64,000 nt of DNA from Halobacteriales archaeon (GTDB lineage Archaea > Halobacteriota > Halobacteria > Halobacteriales > Hikarchaeaceae). The position numbers and the translations under genes were made by a program. Below, one piece after another: positions 10,193-18,073 of the stretch. A model generated the notes under the pieces. It saw only the letters and a program-made list of their open reading frames with translations, was not told the DNA's origin and made no database searches. Position 1 is the stretch's first letter. Each line of letters begins with the position of its first letter. Location: NCBI GenBank assembly GCA_042219475.1, contig JBDGPX010000121.1, positions 232-64,231 of the forward strand, given 5' to 3'.

Positions 10193-10481
10193 ACCACATC
10201 TGTCTACTCGCTCGCTGCCGCTCGCTCCTTGAGGCAGTGGCTCTCTGCTTTCACGACACGCTTCAGGGACACAACCGTCGTCTCAACAGGGAGCGTAGTC
10301 TTCACAGGCGTGCCTTTGAAGTGTCCCGCTCTTAGGTCGCGAGTCCGCCAGCAAGGATGTTCCACGCCGCCTTTGTGTCTCTGTCTCCCCCGAAACCACA
10401 GACCGGGCTGAAGTTTCACGAACCCATAGCTGTTTGTCGGTTTTCACGCCACTCTTGGCACATTCCTTTGGTCGTGCCTTC
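10193..10481. ncRNA. Candidate structured non-coding RNA or long 3' UTR in a convergent spacer (family unknown)
   Basis: 289 nt between two stop codons with no credible ORF in any frame. TTTCACG occurs at 10249, 10414 and 10442. Stems GGGACAC (10266-10272)/GTGTCCC (10321-10327) and CTGCC (10215-10219)/GGCAG (10233-10237). Confidence 0.25.
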
Positions 10482-11558
10482 CTAACCTGTCAGCGACGGC
10501 CAGGCCGCCAAGCCCTGTTCTTCGTCCATCACCGAGACGATCACCACATGTGGCAGCGTCAACACCGCGATCAATACCAGATAGATCGCGACGAATCCCT
10601 GGATATCGGCACGGGGATTGGGGACCAAGAGGGCGAGGCCGCCAAGCAAGAGAATGGAGGCGGCTGTCAACGGGGCTGCGTCCTTCCCGAATCGACCGAG
10701 CGCCCGCAGGATCCGACGGTCACGCAGTGCCGTAACTGCTCGATCATCTAACAGAATGAGCCGGGCAATGTGTCGGATCGAATGCCAGAAACAGAAGTAC
10801 AACCCGATCGCCAGGACCGGCGGGACTACGAGGAAATAGATGGCCAAGAGACCCGTCTCGCCGATATCGAGACGCCACGCTTGGGTCGCTCCACCAGCCC
10901 GCCGGAACCCAGCGACCAGTGAGAGGATCACAAGCGCCGCAAAGCCCCTACCGAGGGCGAGGCGGACGGTCGGCTGAAACATCCACGCCAACGCCTCGGC
11001 GGCGCCTGGCGTGAAGAGCCCGACCAGTAGTTCGGCGACGGCTCGGTAGCGATCGGGTGCCCCGATGAGCGGCACGAGCATCGGCAGCCCGCCACGAACG
11101 AGGATCGTTCCCCAACGGGTCGTCACAGTATCGAGGTAGTCGGCGTCGGCGAGCGCGGCGAGCGCATAGAGATCGCCCTGTCCCCAGTGAAACCATGTCA
11201 GCAGGATGAAAAGTCCGAACGCGATCGCCGGGGCGAGAAACCACATGACGGTGTAAGCTCCGCCCAGGAGGAGATAGAGAAGGCCAACACCGATGAATGT
11301 TTGCCACGTCGGGCGGTTCTCTCGGACCCGTGGTACGGCGAGATGATCGACGGCGCCGTGTGGGAGACCGAAGAACACGACACTGGCCGCCAACGGTCCG
11401 TAGCGGAGGACAACCGGAAGTTCGATATCGACCGTGAAGACAACCGTCACGGCCGCGATGAGAAACCACTCCGGTCGTAAGATCACGCGACGGAGGGTTC
11501 GCCTGATCGTCGGTTCGATCGTGTATCCACGGTCGGCAGCACCGACTGCGGCCGTCAT
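10482..11558 (-). CDS. brp: Brp/Blh family beta-carotene 15,15'-dioxygenase (retinal synthesis)
   Basis: Polytopic membrane ORF with FFGLPHGAVDH and multiple His-containing TM helices. I prefer the ATG at 11558, which overlaps the crtY stop as ATGA, over the track's GTG at 11573. Confidence 0.85.
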   Translation of the reverse strand: MTAAVGAADRGYTIEPTIRRTLRRVILRPEWFLIAAVTVVFTVDIELPVVLRYGPLAASVVFFGLPHGAVDHLAVPRVRENRPTWQTFIGVGLLYLLLGGAYTVMWFLAPAIAFGLFILLTWFHWGQGDLYALAALADADYLDTVTTRWGTILVRGGLPMLVPLIGAPDRYRAVAELLVGLFTPGAAEALAWMFQPTVRLALGRGFAALVILSLVAGFRRAGGATQAWRLDIGETGLLAIYFLVVPPVLAIGLYFCFWHSIRHIARLILLDDRAVTALRDRRILRALGRFGKDAAPLTAASILLLGGLALLVPNPRADIQGFVAIYLVLIAVLTLPHVVIVSVMDEEQGLAAWPSLTG

Positions 11559-12265
11559 CGTTCGATCACCCACAACAACAGCACGATCCCTTCAACGATG
11601 AAGGCGTTCGTGATCAGAAAGAACGCCCCTTCCTCGATCGGTAGTCCAAGAACAGTGATTCCGGTCGTGTAGGTCGGGGAGATGTGCCAGATACCATGGC
11701 CGATGGCGATCCGATCCGCGATCGACAGATACAGCGTCGGCACGCCGATTCCCACGAAGACCGTCCGCCAGTGGCGCCGGAGATATGGCCATCCGAACCC
11801 CCACTGGATCGCAAACACCGGCCCTGCCCAGGCAAGGATCGCCCCCATGTAGTGCGTCGATGTCCCGACGAACAGTCCAACGCCGATCAGACTGATGGCG
11901 GCACCGGCCAACACGCCGATCACACGCTCACACACGGTAATCGTCATTTGGCTGGCGGTCGGGATCCGAACGTGACAGAGCCATAACCCCGTGACTGCCG
12001 GTTGAAGCAACACGAACAGATACTCCTCAAGGGGCATATAGCCAAGCGTCGCGAGAACGTTGCCTTCACCGTACCCCCAGACGCCCTTCCAGATCAGATA
12101 GCTGTCCCAGGGTGTCGTATAGAACAGCGCGAGCGCCGCCATCAGTCCGATCCCGCCGTACATTGCCCGCCGTCGGTTGGCAAGCGGCCGGGCGGTCGTC
12201 GCGAGGACTGCCAGTGGCGGCAGGATGAACACCGCATGGAAGCCGAGATAGGTGAGTGTCGTCAT
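11555..12265 (-). CDS. crtY: Lycopene beta-cyclase, fused CrtYc/CrtYd type
   Basis: 236-aa membrane ORF with duplicated lycopene-cyclase-domain pattern (PLEEYLF, PIEEGAFF). Translationally coupled to brp. Confidence 0.85.
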   Translation of the reverse strand: MTTLTYLGFHAVFILPPLAVLATTARPLANRRRAMYGGIGLMAALALFYTTPWDSYLIWKGVWGYGEGNVLATLGYMPLEEYLFVLLQPAVTGLWLCHVRIPTASQMTITVCERVIGVLAGAAISLIGVGLFVGTSTHYMGAILAWAGPVFAIQWGFGWPYLRRHWRTVFVGIGVPTLYLSIADRIAIGHGIWHISPTYTTGITVLGLPIEEGAFFLITNAFIVEGIVLLLWVIER

Positions 12266-12425
12266 CGCGATGAGGCCTTCGTTCGATCGGGTTCGGTGGG
12301 CGCTCGATGTCGGTCGACGACCGATGGCCGGTGACGGTCATCTGTCATGTCACACCCGTGGCCGTGGCTAATGAAAGGGTTGTTAGTTCGATAAATAAAG
12401 ACGATGATTGGTTGGATCAGGCTGG

Positions 12426-13199
12426 TTACTCGCCAGCTGCCGCCTCAGCGGATGGCTCTGGTGCCGAGGCATCGCCGAGGATCGCCCGGCTCCGGAGCAG
12501 GATGAATCCGAAGCCGACCTTGGCGGTGACATCGAGCACCATAAAGCCAAGCGTCTCGACGAAGAGGTTTACGATTCCTGCACCCTCCGTTCCGATCAGC
12601 CACCAGATCGGATAGATGAACCATAACACCAACACGAGGTTCCTGAGGGTCAGGAACGTCGACTCGCGGTCCTCGGACATCTCCGAGGCCTTGGCGGTCA
12701 TGATGGTGAACAGGTAGTACAGGATGAACAGCAGCGCGATCTCACTGACGACCCACCAGACGTACCGGTAAATCAGCACTTCGCTCAGTGCGCCAACCAG
12801 CCCGGTGACGATCATGAAACCGTCGAGGCCGATGAGGCCAATGATCGTCGCTCGATCGGCATCAACAAGGAGTGCAAGGTCAAGCAACAACAGCGGCGTC
12901 GTGAACAGCCAGTCAGCGTACCGTGCCCAGTAAATCGGGCGTGTTTCGCCGGCGACTGAGACTTCGGTCAATCCGAATCCGAAGAACATCGAGAGATACG
13001 ACGCTGCCGCGATCGCCGGAATGAGGATCGTGACAACGTAGTATTCCCGTGCCTCTGGGTCTTCAACGCCCCACCCACGGACGATGAAGTACACCATGCC
13101 CAGTAGCATCAGCACCGTCCCCAGCGCCAGCCAGATCGATTCCGGCCGGGCGAGAGGGTTGGCCTTTGCGATTTGCAGGATTACCTCGTTTGGGAACAT
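12426..13199 (-). CDS. bop: Bacteriorhodopsin (light-driven proton pump)
   Basis: 257-aa 7-[32 protein letters not shown] gives the D-T-D pump triad. Schiff-base lysine in [13 protein letters not shown]. Confidence 0.95.
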   Translation of the reverse strand: MFPNEVILQIAKANPLARPESIWLALGTVLMLLGMVYFIVRGWGVEDPEAREYYVVTILIPAIAAASYLSMFFGFGLTEVSVAGETRPIYWARYADWLFTTPLLLLDLALLVDADRATIIGLIGLDGFMIVTGLVGALSEVLIYRYVWWVVSEIALLFILYYLFTIMTAKASEMSEDRESTFLTLRNLVLVLWFIYPIWWLIGTEGAGIVNLFVETLGFMVLDVTAKVGFGFILLRSRAILGDASAPEPSAEAAAGE

Positions 13200-13374
13200 G
13201 ATCCAGTTGACATATTGAACATGTCTACACTTAAATATATTGGATTATTATAGTTTTCTCGTTAATATAATTGTTGATTATTATATTTCTGACTGACGAG
13301 TATCGCGGTTTCGTCTGCCAAAATCACTGATTTACCGATCTTCGTACTGGGGTTTAATATATTAGGAAAAGTAC
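13200..13374. promoter_or_regulatory. Divergent bop / Brz-like promoter region, strongly AT-rich
   Basis: TATA-like CTTAAATATAT (13230-13240) is upstream of bop. TTTAATATATTA (13353-13364) is upstream of the plus-strand gene. A 10-bp direct repeat GATTATTATA sits at 13243-13252 and 13276-13285. Confidence 0.6.
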
Positions 13375-13737
13375 ATGTTCGATATGGCTGATCCGAGCGA
13401 CTCCACCGTCGAGGATGAGGACGAAGCCGAACTCGAGGAGGAAGACGTCGATGTCGATACCACTGAAACGGAGGTCGACGACGAGGTTGTCCTTGATATC
13501 GACGCGGCCGAAGAGTACGAGGCACAGATCGAACGGCTAGAAGAGCAAGTCCAGTCACAGGCCGAAGAGATCGACGAACTCCAGGATCTTCTCTTGGATC
13601 TCTCGACCCGGGTCGCCGACGGCAATGACATGGGGGTCTGTCCCGACTGTCACGGGCCGGTCGTCAAACAGAGCCGATGGTTTCGCTCGAACACCATTGA
13701 GTGTACGCGGTGTGGTCGCGTCTTCCACGAGTACTGA
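13375..13737 (+). CDS. Small acidic coiled-coil plus zinc-ribbon protein, Brz-like candidate regulator
   Basis: 120-aa ORF. Acidic N-terminus, heptad-like EQVQSQAEEIDELQDLLLDL, CPDC-x17-CTRC. TATA spacing favours a leaderless start at the second ATG (13384). Confidence 0.75.
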   Translation: MFDMADPSDSTVEDEDEAELEEEDVDVDTTETEVDDEVVLDIDAAEEYEAQIERLEEQVQSQAEEIDELQDLLLDLSTRVADGNDMGVCPDCHGPVVKQSRWFRSNTIECTRCGRVFHEY

Positions 13738-13824
13738 CGCTAGTGAGAATCGGTCTCCATCGACGATCCCGGCTCGGGCTGGCGATCGCGTTCCGATGAT
13801 CACCGTCACTCTCCACGGCAACCT

Positions 13825-16002
13825 ATGACGCTCTCGCTTACCGTCGCTGCTATCGAGGATCCGGATACGGATCGTGAACACGCGCTGCTCGATCAGACTG
13901 CACTCGACCGTCTCGGCATCGAAAGCGGCGACACGATCGAACTCATCGGTCGCCGACGCACCGTCGTGGCCGTCTACGCGAGCGGGCGGGATGGACCGAC
14001 AGGAACGATCCGGCTCGATGAGACCGCCCTGCGCAACGCCGATACCGAGATCGACGACACCGTCGAAGTCGCGCCAGTGGAGACCCGGCCCGCGACTACC
14101 GTGACCGTTGCCCCGACCCAACCGCTCCAAGTTAGCGGCGGCGAAGCGGCGATCCGCACGGCACTGGATGGCTGTCCGCTCATCCGTGGAGACACCGTCC
14201 GGACGTCATTACTCGGGGGCTCGTTGACGCTCACGTTCGTCGTCGTCGACATCGATCCCGATGGCCCGGTCCGGGTGACCGAACGCACCGATCTCGTGGT
14301 TAGGGATGATCCCGTCTCGGCGACCGGCGTCCGTGAACGGCGGTCGATCCGTCCGACCGTCGCCGTCGAAGATGTTGGAGGGTTGGATGCGGAGTTAGCG
14401 GAACTGCGGGAGACGCTCGTATTGCCCCTTGAACATCCGGAGCTGGCCGATCGACTCGGTCAGACATCGCCGACTGGCGTCCTGCTTCACGGTCCGGCCG
14501 GAACCGGCAAGACGCTTCTCGCCCGGGCGCTCGGTGCTGAGACGGACGTGGCATTTATCCCCGTTACCAGTCCGACCATCGCCGGCCTCTCGACCGGTGA
14601 TCGCGAGGAACGGCTCGCATCGATCGTCCAGGACGCCACCCAACAGGCACCGGCGATCGTCTTTTTCGATGACATCGACGCCCTAGCGCCGAGCCGTGAT
14701 GACGCGACGGGCCGTGATCGCCGCGGTACTGTCCGTCTGCTGCCGACGATCGATGAACTCGCTACCACCGACGGCGTCGCGTTGCTGGCGACCACTAACC
14801 GGCTTGAGGAGCTCGATGAGGGCCTTCGGCGCGGCGACCGGTTCGGCTATGAACTCGAAATCGGCGTTCCCGATCGCGACGATCGACGGGCGATCCTTGA
14901 GGTGCGGACCCGGGGGATGTCTCTTGGCTCGGCGGTTGATATCGACGAACTGGCCGACCGGACGCATGGGTTTGTCGGCGCTGATATCGAGGCGCTTTGT
15001 CGTCGGGCGGCTGTCAGCGCCATGCGCCGCGTCAGCGACCGGCTCGACCCCGGGCCGGATCCGATCCCCAATGAAATCCTTGCGACCATCGAGATCGAAT
15101 CCGATGATTTCGAGACAGCCTTGCAGACCGTCGAACCTAGCGCCATGCGGTCCGTTTCGGTCGAAATCCCGTCGGTCGTCTATGACGATATCGGTGGACT
15201 GACAGCGGCCAAGCGCGAGTTGATCCGGGCTGTCGAATGGCCCCTGGCCTATCCGGATCTGTTCGATCGGCTCAACGCCGATCCGCCGGCGGGATTGTTG
15301 CTGTATGGCCCACCCGGGACGGGTAAGACACTGCTTGCCCGGGCGGTGGCTAACGCCACCGATGCCAACTTCATCTCGATCAACGGTCCGGAAATCCTCG
15401 ATAAGTACGTCGGTGAGAGTGAGCGATCAGTCCGGGAAGTCTTCGATCGGGCTCGCCAGCACGCCCCGTCGGTGATCTTCTTCGATGAGGTCGATGCCAT
15501 TACACCCCAACGGGGTAACGATGTCGGATCCCGGGCCGCCGAACGGGTCGTCTCCCAGCTATTGACCGAGATCGATGGGCTCGAATCGCTCGACGATGTC
15601 GTGGTCATCGCCGCCACTAACCGTCCGGATATGATCGATCCGGCACTCCTCCGCCCCGGCCGCCTCGAGAAGGCGATCGAAGTCCCGCTCCCGGACCGGG
15701 ATGCACGCGAGGAGATCTTTCGGATTCACAGCCGGGACATCCCGCGATCGGACGTGGATTTTACGGCCCTAGCCGATCGAACCGAGGGCTATTCCGGCAG
15801 CGATATCGAGGCCATCGTCCGGGAGGCGAGTATGCTGGCTCTCGAGGATTATCTTGCCGACCGCGGGGAGGATCAGCGTGCCCAACGGCGTCTCCAGGTG
15901 ATGTCGCGACATTTCCAGGAGGCACTTGAGCTCGTCTCGCCATCGGTTACCGAGGAACGCCGGGAGTATTACGAGGACCTCGCCGATCAGCTCGGCCGAT
16001 AG
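13825..16002 (+). CDS. cdc48: CDC48/VCP-type AAA+ ATPase (N domain plus two AAA domains)
   Basis: 725-aa ORF. Walker A GPAGTGKTLLARA and GPPGTGKTLLARA; second-region-of-homology motifs. Confidence 0.9.
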   Translation: MTLSLTVAAIEDPDTDREHALLDQTALDRLGIESGDTIELIGRRRTVVAVYASGRDGPTGTIRLDETALRNADTEIDDTVEVAPVETRPATTVTVAPTQPLQVSGGEAAIRTALDGCPLIRGDTVRTSLLGGSLTLTFVVVDIDPDGPVRVTERTDLVVRDDPVSATGVRERRSIRPTVAVEDVGGLDAELAELRETLVLPLEHPELADRLGQTSPTGVLLHGPAGTGKTLLARALGAETDVAFIPVTSPTIAGLSTGDREERLASIVQDATQQAPAIVFFDDIDALAPSRDDATGRDRRGTVRLLPTIDELATTDGVALLATTNRLEELDEGLRRGDRFGYELEIGVPDRDDRRAILEVRTRGMSLGSAVDIDELADRTHGFVGADIEALCRRAAVSAMRRVSDRLDPGPDPIPNEILATIEIESDDFETALQTVEPSAMRSVSVEIPSVVYDDIGGLTAAKRELIRAVEWPLAYPDLFDRLNADPPAGLLLYGPPGTGKTLLARAVANATDANFISINGPEILDKYVGESERSVREVFDRARQHAPSVIFFDEVDAITPQRGNDVGSRAAERVVSQLLTEIDGLESLDDVVVIAATNRPDMIDPALLRPGRLEKAIEVPLPDRDAREEIFRIHSRDIPRSDVDFTALADRTEGYSGSDIEAIVREASMLALEDYLADRGEDQRAQRRLQVMSRHFQEALELVSPSVTEERREYYEDLADQLGR

Positions 16003-16067
16003 TCGAGCCGGTCGACAGCCGGGTAACGGTTAAATAATAATTCGTCGTAAATACGGATTGAGGTAGC

Positions 16068-16169
16068 ATGCGACACGAACAGGACCGTGACCGCGAATCC
16101 CACGTCGAGGAGTGGGAGCGGTGGCTTCGTCGGCGTGATGTCGACGATCGCAGCACCGAACGGTTCTGA
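16068..16169 (+). CDS. Possible leaderless micro-protein (33 aa)
   Basis: ATG at 16068 lies about 31 nt downstream of TTAAATAATAATT (16031-16043). Translation: MRHEQDRDRESHVEEWERWLRRRDVDDRSTERF. Below the ORF-track size cutoff. Confidence 0.3.
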   Translation: MRHEQDRDRESHVEEWERWLRRRDVDDRSTERF

Positions 16170-16177
16170 TCCGTCTT

Positions 16178-17092
16178 TCAGGCGATTTCGTCGTACTGCT
16201 CGGTGAGTTTATCCGCCGCCTGATCGAGTTGTTGGCGTTCGAACTCCGTAAGTTCCCACTCGATCACGTCCTCGACGCCGTCGGTGCCGAGCTTGACCGG
16301 AACGCCAAGCGCGACGTCCGAGAGCCCATACTCGCCGGCCAGTGCGATCGAGCCGGGGAGGATCTCGCCGGTGTCACGAAGGACGGCTTCGACCATGTGT
16401 GCGACCCCTGTCGCCGGCCCCCATTCGGTCGCACCCTTGCGTTCGATGACGTTCATCGCGCTCTCTTGCAGATCGGAGAGGATTTCCTCCTTTTCGTCGT
16501 CCGTGAAGTCCGGATCCCGGCCATTGATCCGGACCTTCGAGAAGACCGGTACTTGCGCGTCGCCGTGTTCGCCCATAATCGTTGCCTCGACGTTTTGGAC
16601 CGGCGCATCGAAGCGCTCGGAGAGCACATACCGGAACCGGGCGGAGTCGAGCCGGCCGCCGAAGCCGATGACCTTCCGACGGTCACGGTCGCCGGTCTCG
16701 TAGAGGTGTCGGTTCAGGAGATCGACCGGGTTCGAGGTCGTAATCGAGACGAAGTCGTCGTTGTGCTCCGCCAGCGAGGCGCCGATGTCCTCCATGATCG
16801 GTGCGTTGTCGCCCGCCAGATCGATCCGTGTCTGGCCGGGTTGTCTGGGGATGCCGGCCGTGATGACGACCACATCGGAGCCGGCTGTGTCCTCGTAGGT
16901 CCCCTGTCGGATGGTCGTGTTGGCATCGTACGCGACGCCGTGATTGACGTCAGCCGCCTGCCCGACCGTCTCGTCTTCTTTGTCCGGAATGTCGACGAAC
17001 ACCAGTTCGTCCGCGATATCCCGCAACGCGATATTATACCCCGCAGCGGCGCCGACCGTTCCGGCTGCACCGATGACGCTTACCTTGGTCAT
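16178..17092 (-). CDS. mdh: Malate dehydrogenase (LDH-like, tetrameric haloarchaeal type)
   Basis: From [36 protein letters not shown] onward it closely matches the Haloarcula marismortui MDH as I remember it. The 18 upstream codons of the track ORF are rejected. Confidence 0.95.
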   Translation of the reverse strand: MTKVSVIGAAGTVGAAAGYNIALRDIADELVFVDIPDKEDETVGQAADVNHGVAYDANTTIRQGTYEDTAGSDVVVITAGIPRQPGQTRIDLAGDNAPIMEDIGASLAEHNDDFVSITTSNPVDLLNRHLYETGDRDRRKVIGFGGRLDSARFRYVLSERFDAPVQNVEATIMGEHGDAQVPVFSKVRINGRDPDFTDDEKEEILSDLQESAMNVIERKGATEWGPATGVAHMVEAVLRDTGEILPGSIALAGEYGLSDVALGVPVKLGTDGVEDVIEWELTEFERQQLDQAADKLTEQYDEIA

Positions 17093-17221
17093 AACGCCTT
17101 GAAATCCCGTGCCAACGGGCGTTAAACCTTCGACTTTCCGTGCCATTGCCGTGTATGCGACGGGGTTTTTCGGCCGTTCAGTGGCGTAGCCCTTTTTGAT
17201 GCGAACCTCCTCGCTTCAGGT

Positions 17222-17923
17222 ATGAGCGACGAGTTCGACAAGGAAGCCGAGCGAGAGAAACTCCGTGAGCGATTCGAACGTGAGGAGGAGGATCGGCAGG
17301 CCACCGAGCACATGAGCCAGTTGCTGTTACAAGGGGCGACGATGACGAATCGCCATTGTGACGACTGTGGTGATCCGATCTTCCGTCACGACGGCCAGGA
17401 ATTCTGTCCGACCTGTGAGAAACCCGTCACACCGGACGATCAGCAAGCGGACACTGACCAACAGACTGCCCATGCACAGTCCCACGAGGGCGCTGGCGAG
17501 GATCCTTCGGTTCGATCCGGCGAACCCGCTGATGGCGGGAATGATCAGCCCACCCCTCACCAGTCGGCCGGCTCGAACGCTGGCGATGTTTCCCCATCTC
17601 AACCGACTCCACCCCGACAATCCGCCCAGCGCCAACAGTCACAGTCACAGTCACAGTCACAGTCACAGTCACAGTCACAATCATCCCCGACACAGCCGCC
17701 GGACCAAGCCGGCGGCCAGCAATCTGCGTCCCAACCGAGGGCGTCGTCAGGGCCCCATTCCGCCGATCTCGGGGATGCCCGACTGGCCCTCGTTCGACGG
17801 ATCACTACCCTTGCCCGCGAGGCCGAGGCGACCGAGGACATCCAGCGTACCCGGCAGCTGTTCGAGGCGGTTCATGAAGGTGCGGATGCACTCGCCGCAC
17901 TGAACCGGAATGCCGACCGGTAG
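17222..17923 (+). CDS. Sjogren syndrome/scleroderma autoantigen-1 (p27, UPF0148) family zinc-ribbon protein with a Q/S-rich linker
   Basis: 233-aa ORF. N-terminal EREKLRERFEREEEDR, CDDCGDPIF...CPTCE ribbon, internal (SQ)n tract. Confidence 0.7.
   Translation: MSDEFDKEAEREKLRERFEREEEDRQATEHMSQLLLQGATMTNRHCDDCGDPIFRHDGQEFCPTCEKPVTPDDQQADTDQQTAHAQSHEGAGEDPSVRSGEPADGGNDQPTPHQSAGSNAGDVSPSQPTPPRQSAQRQQSQSQSQSQSQSQSQSSPTQPPDQAGGQQSASQPRASSGPHSADLGDARLALVRRITTLAREAEATEDIQRTRQLFEAVHEGADALAALNRNADR
17635..17682 (+). repeat. Hexanucleotide microsatellite (ACAGTC)x7 plus one imperfect unit, in frame, encoding SQSQSQ...
   Basis: Read directly: 17635-17676 is seven perfect ACAGTC units, followed by ACAATC. 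Confidence 0.95.
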
Positions 17924-18073
17924 GTAATCGCGTTCTTTACTGCGTATCCGTAATCGAGGTGGATCTAGACGTGTTGCTCTCCATCGATGTTCTAGACCTG
18001 CACGCGAAGGTGCGGGTGTAGGCCCGGCGCTTATCGCTGATCAGGACGCTTCAGCTGTCGAGGATGTGCCGAC

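Noticed and set aside
10380-10410. ORB-like origin element (GGTCTGTGGTTTCGGGGGAG on the minus strand) and TTTCACG repeats as Orc1/Cdc6 binding sites.
   Set aside because: The order and orientation of the half-elements do not match the TCCA-N-GGAAAC plus G-string ORB layout. There is no orc1/cdc6 gene or AT-rich unwinding element nearby.
10193-10481. Identification of the spacer as SRP (7S) RNA or RNase P RNA.
   Set aside because: The size is suggestive, and fragments resemble pieces of these RNAs (CACGACCA...GUGCCAAGAG; GCCUGUGAAG). However, I found no helix-8 GNAR loop with an AGCA/GGAA-type internal loop and no UGUAAC-type Alu motif at a 5' position. I also found no GAGGAAAGUCC or ACAGAA-GGCUUA P4 strands. 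The assignment cannot be made by eye, so the region is kept only as an unknown candidate.
12266-12350. 28-codon upstream ORF (MTDDRHRPSVVDRHRAPTEPDRTKASSR) whose stop overlaps the crtY start as ATGA.
   Set aside because: The peptide is basic and non-halophilic, there is no supporting promoter spacing, and it could easily arise by chance in GC-rich DNA.
17635-17682. A CRISPR-like or other interspaced repeat array.
   Set aside because: It is a contiguous 6-nt microsatellite inside a coding frame, with no spacers. No repeat-spacer architecture was seen anywhere in the window.
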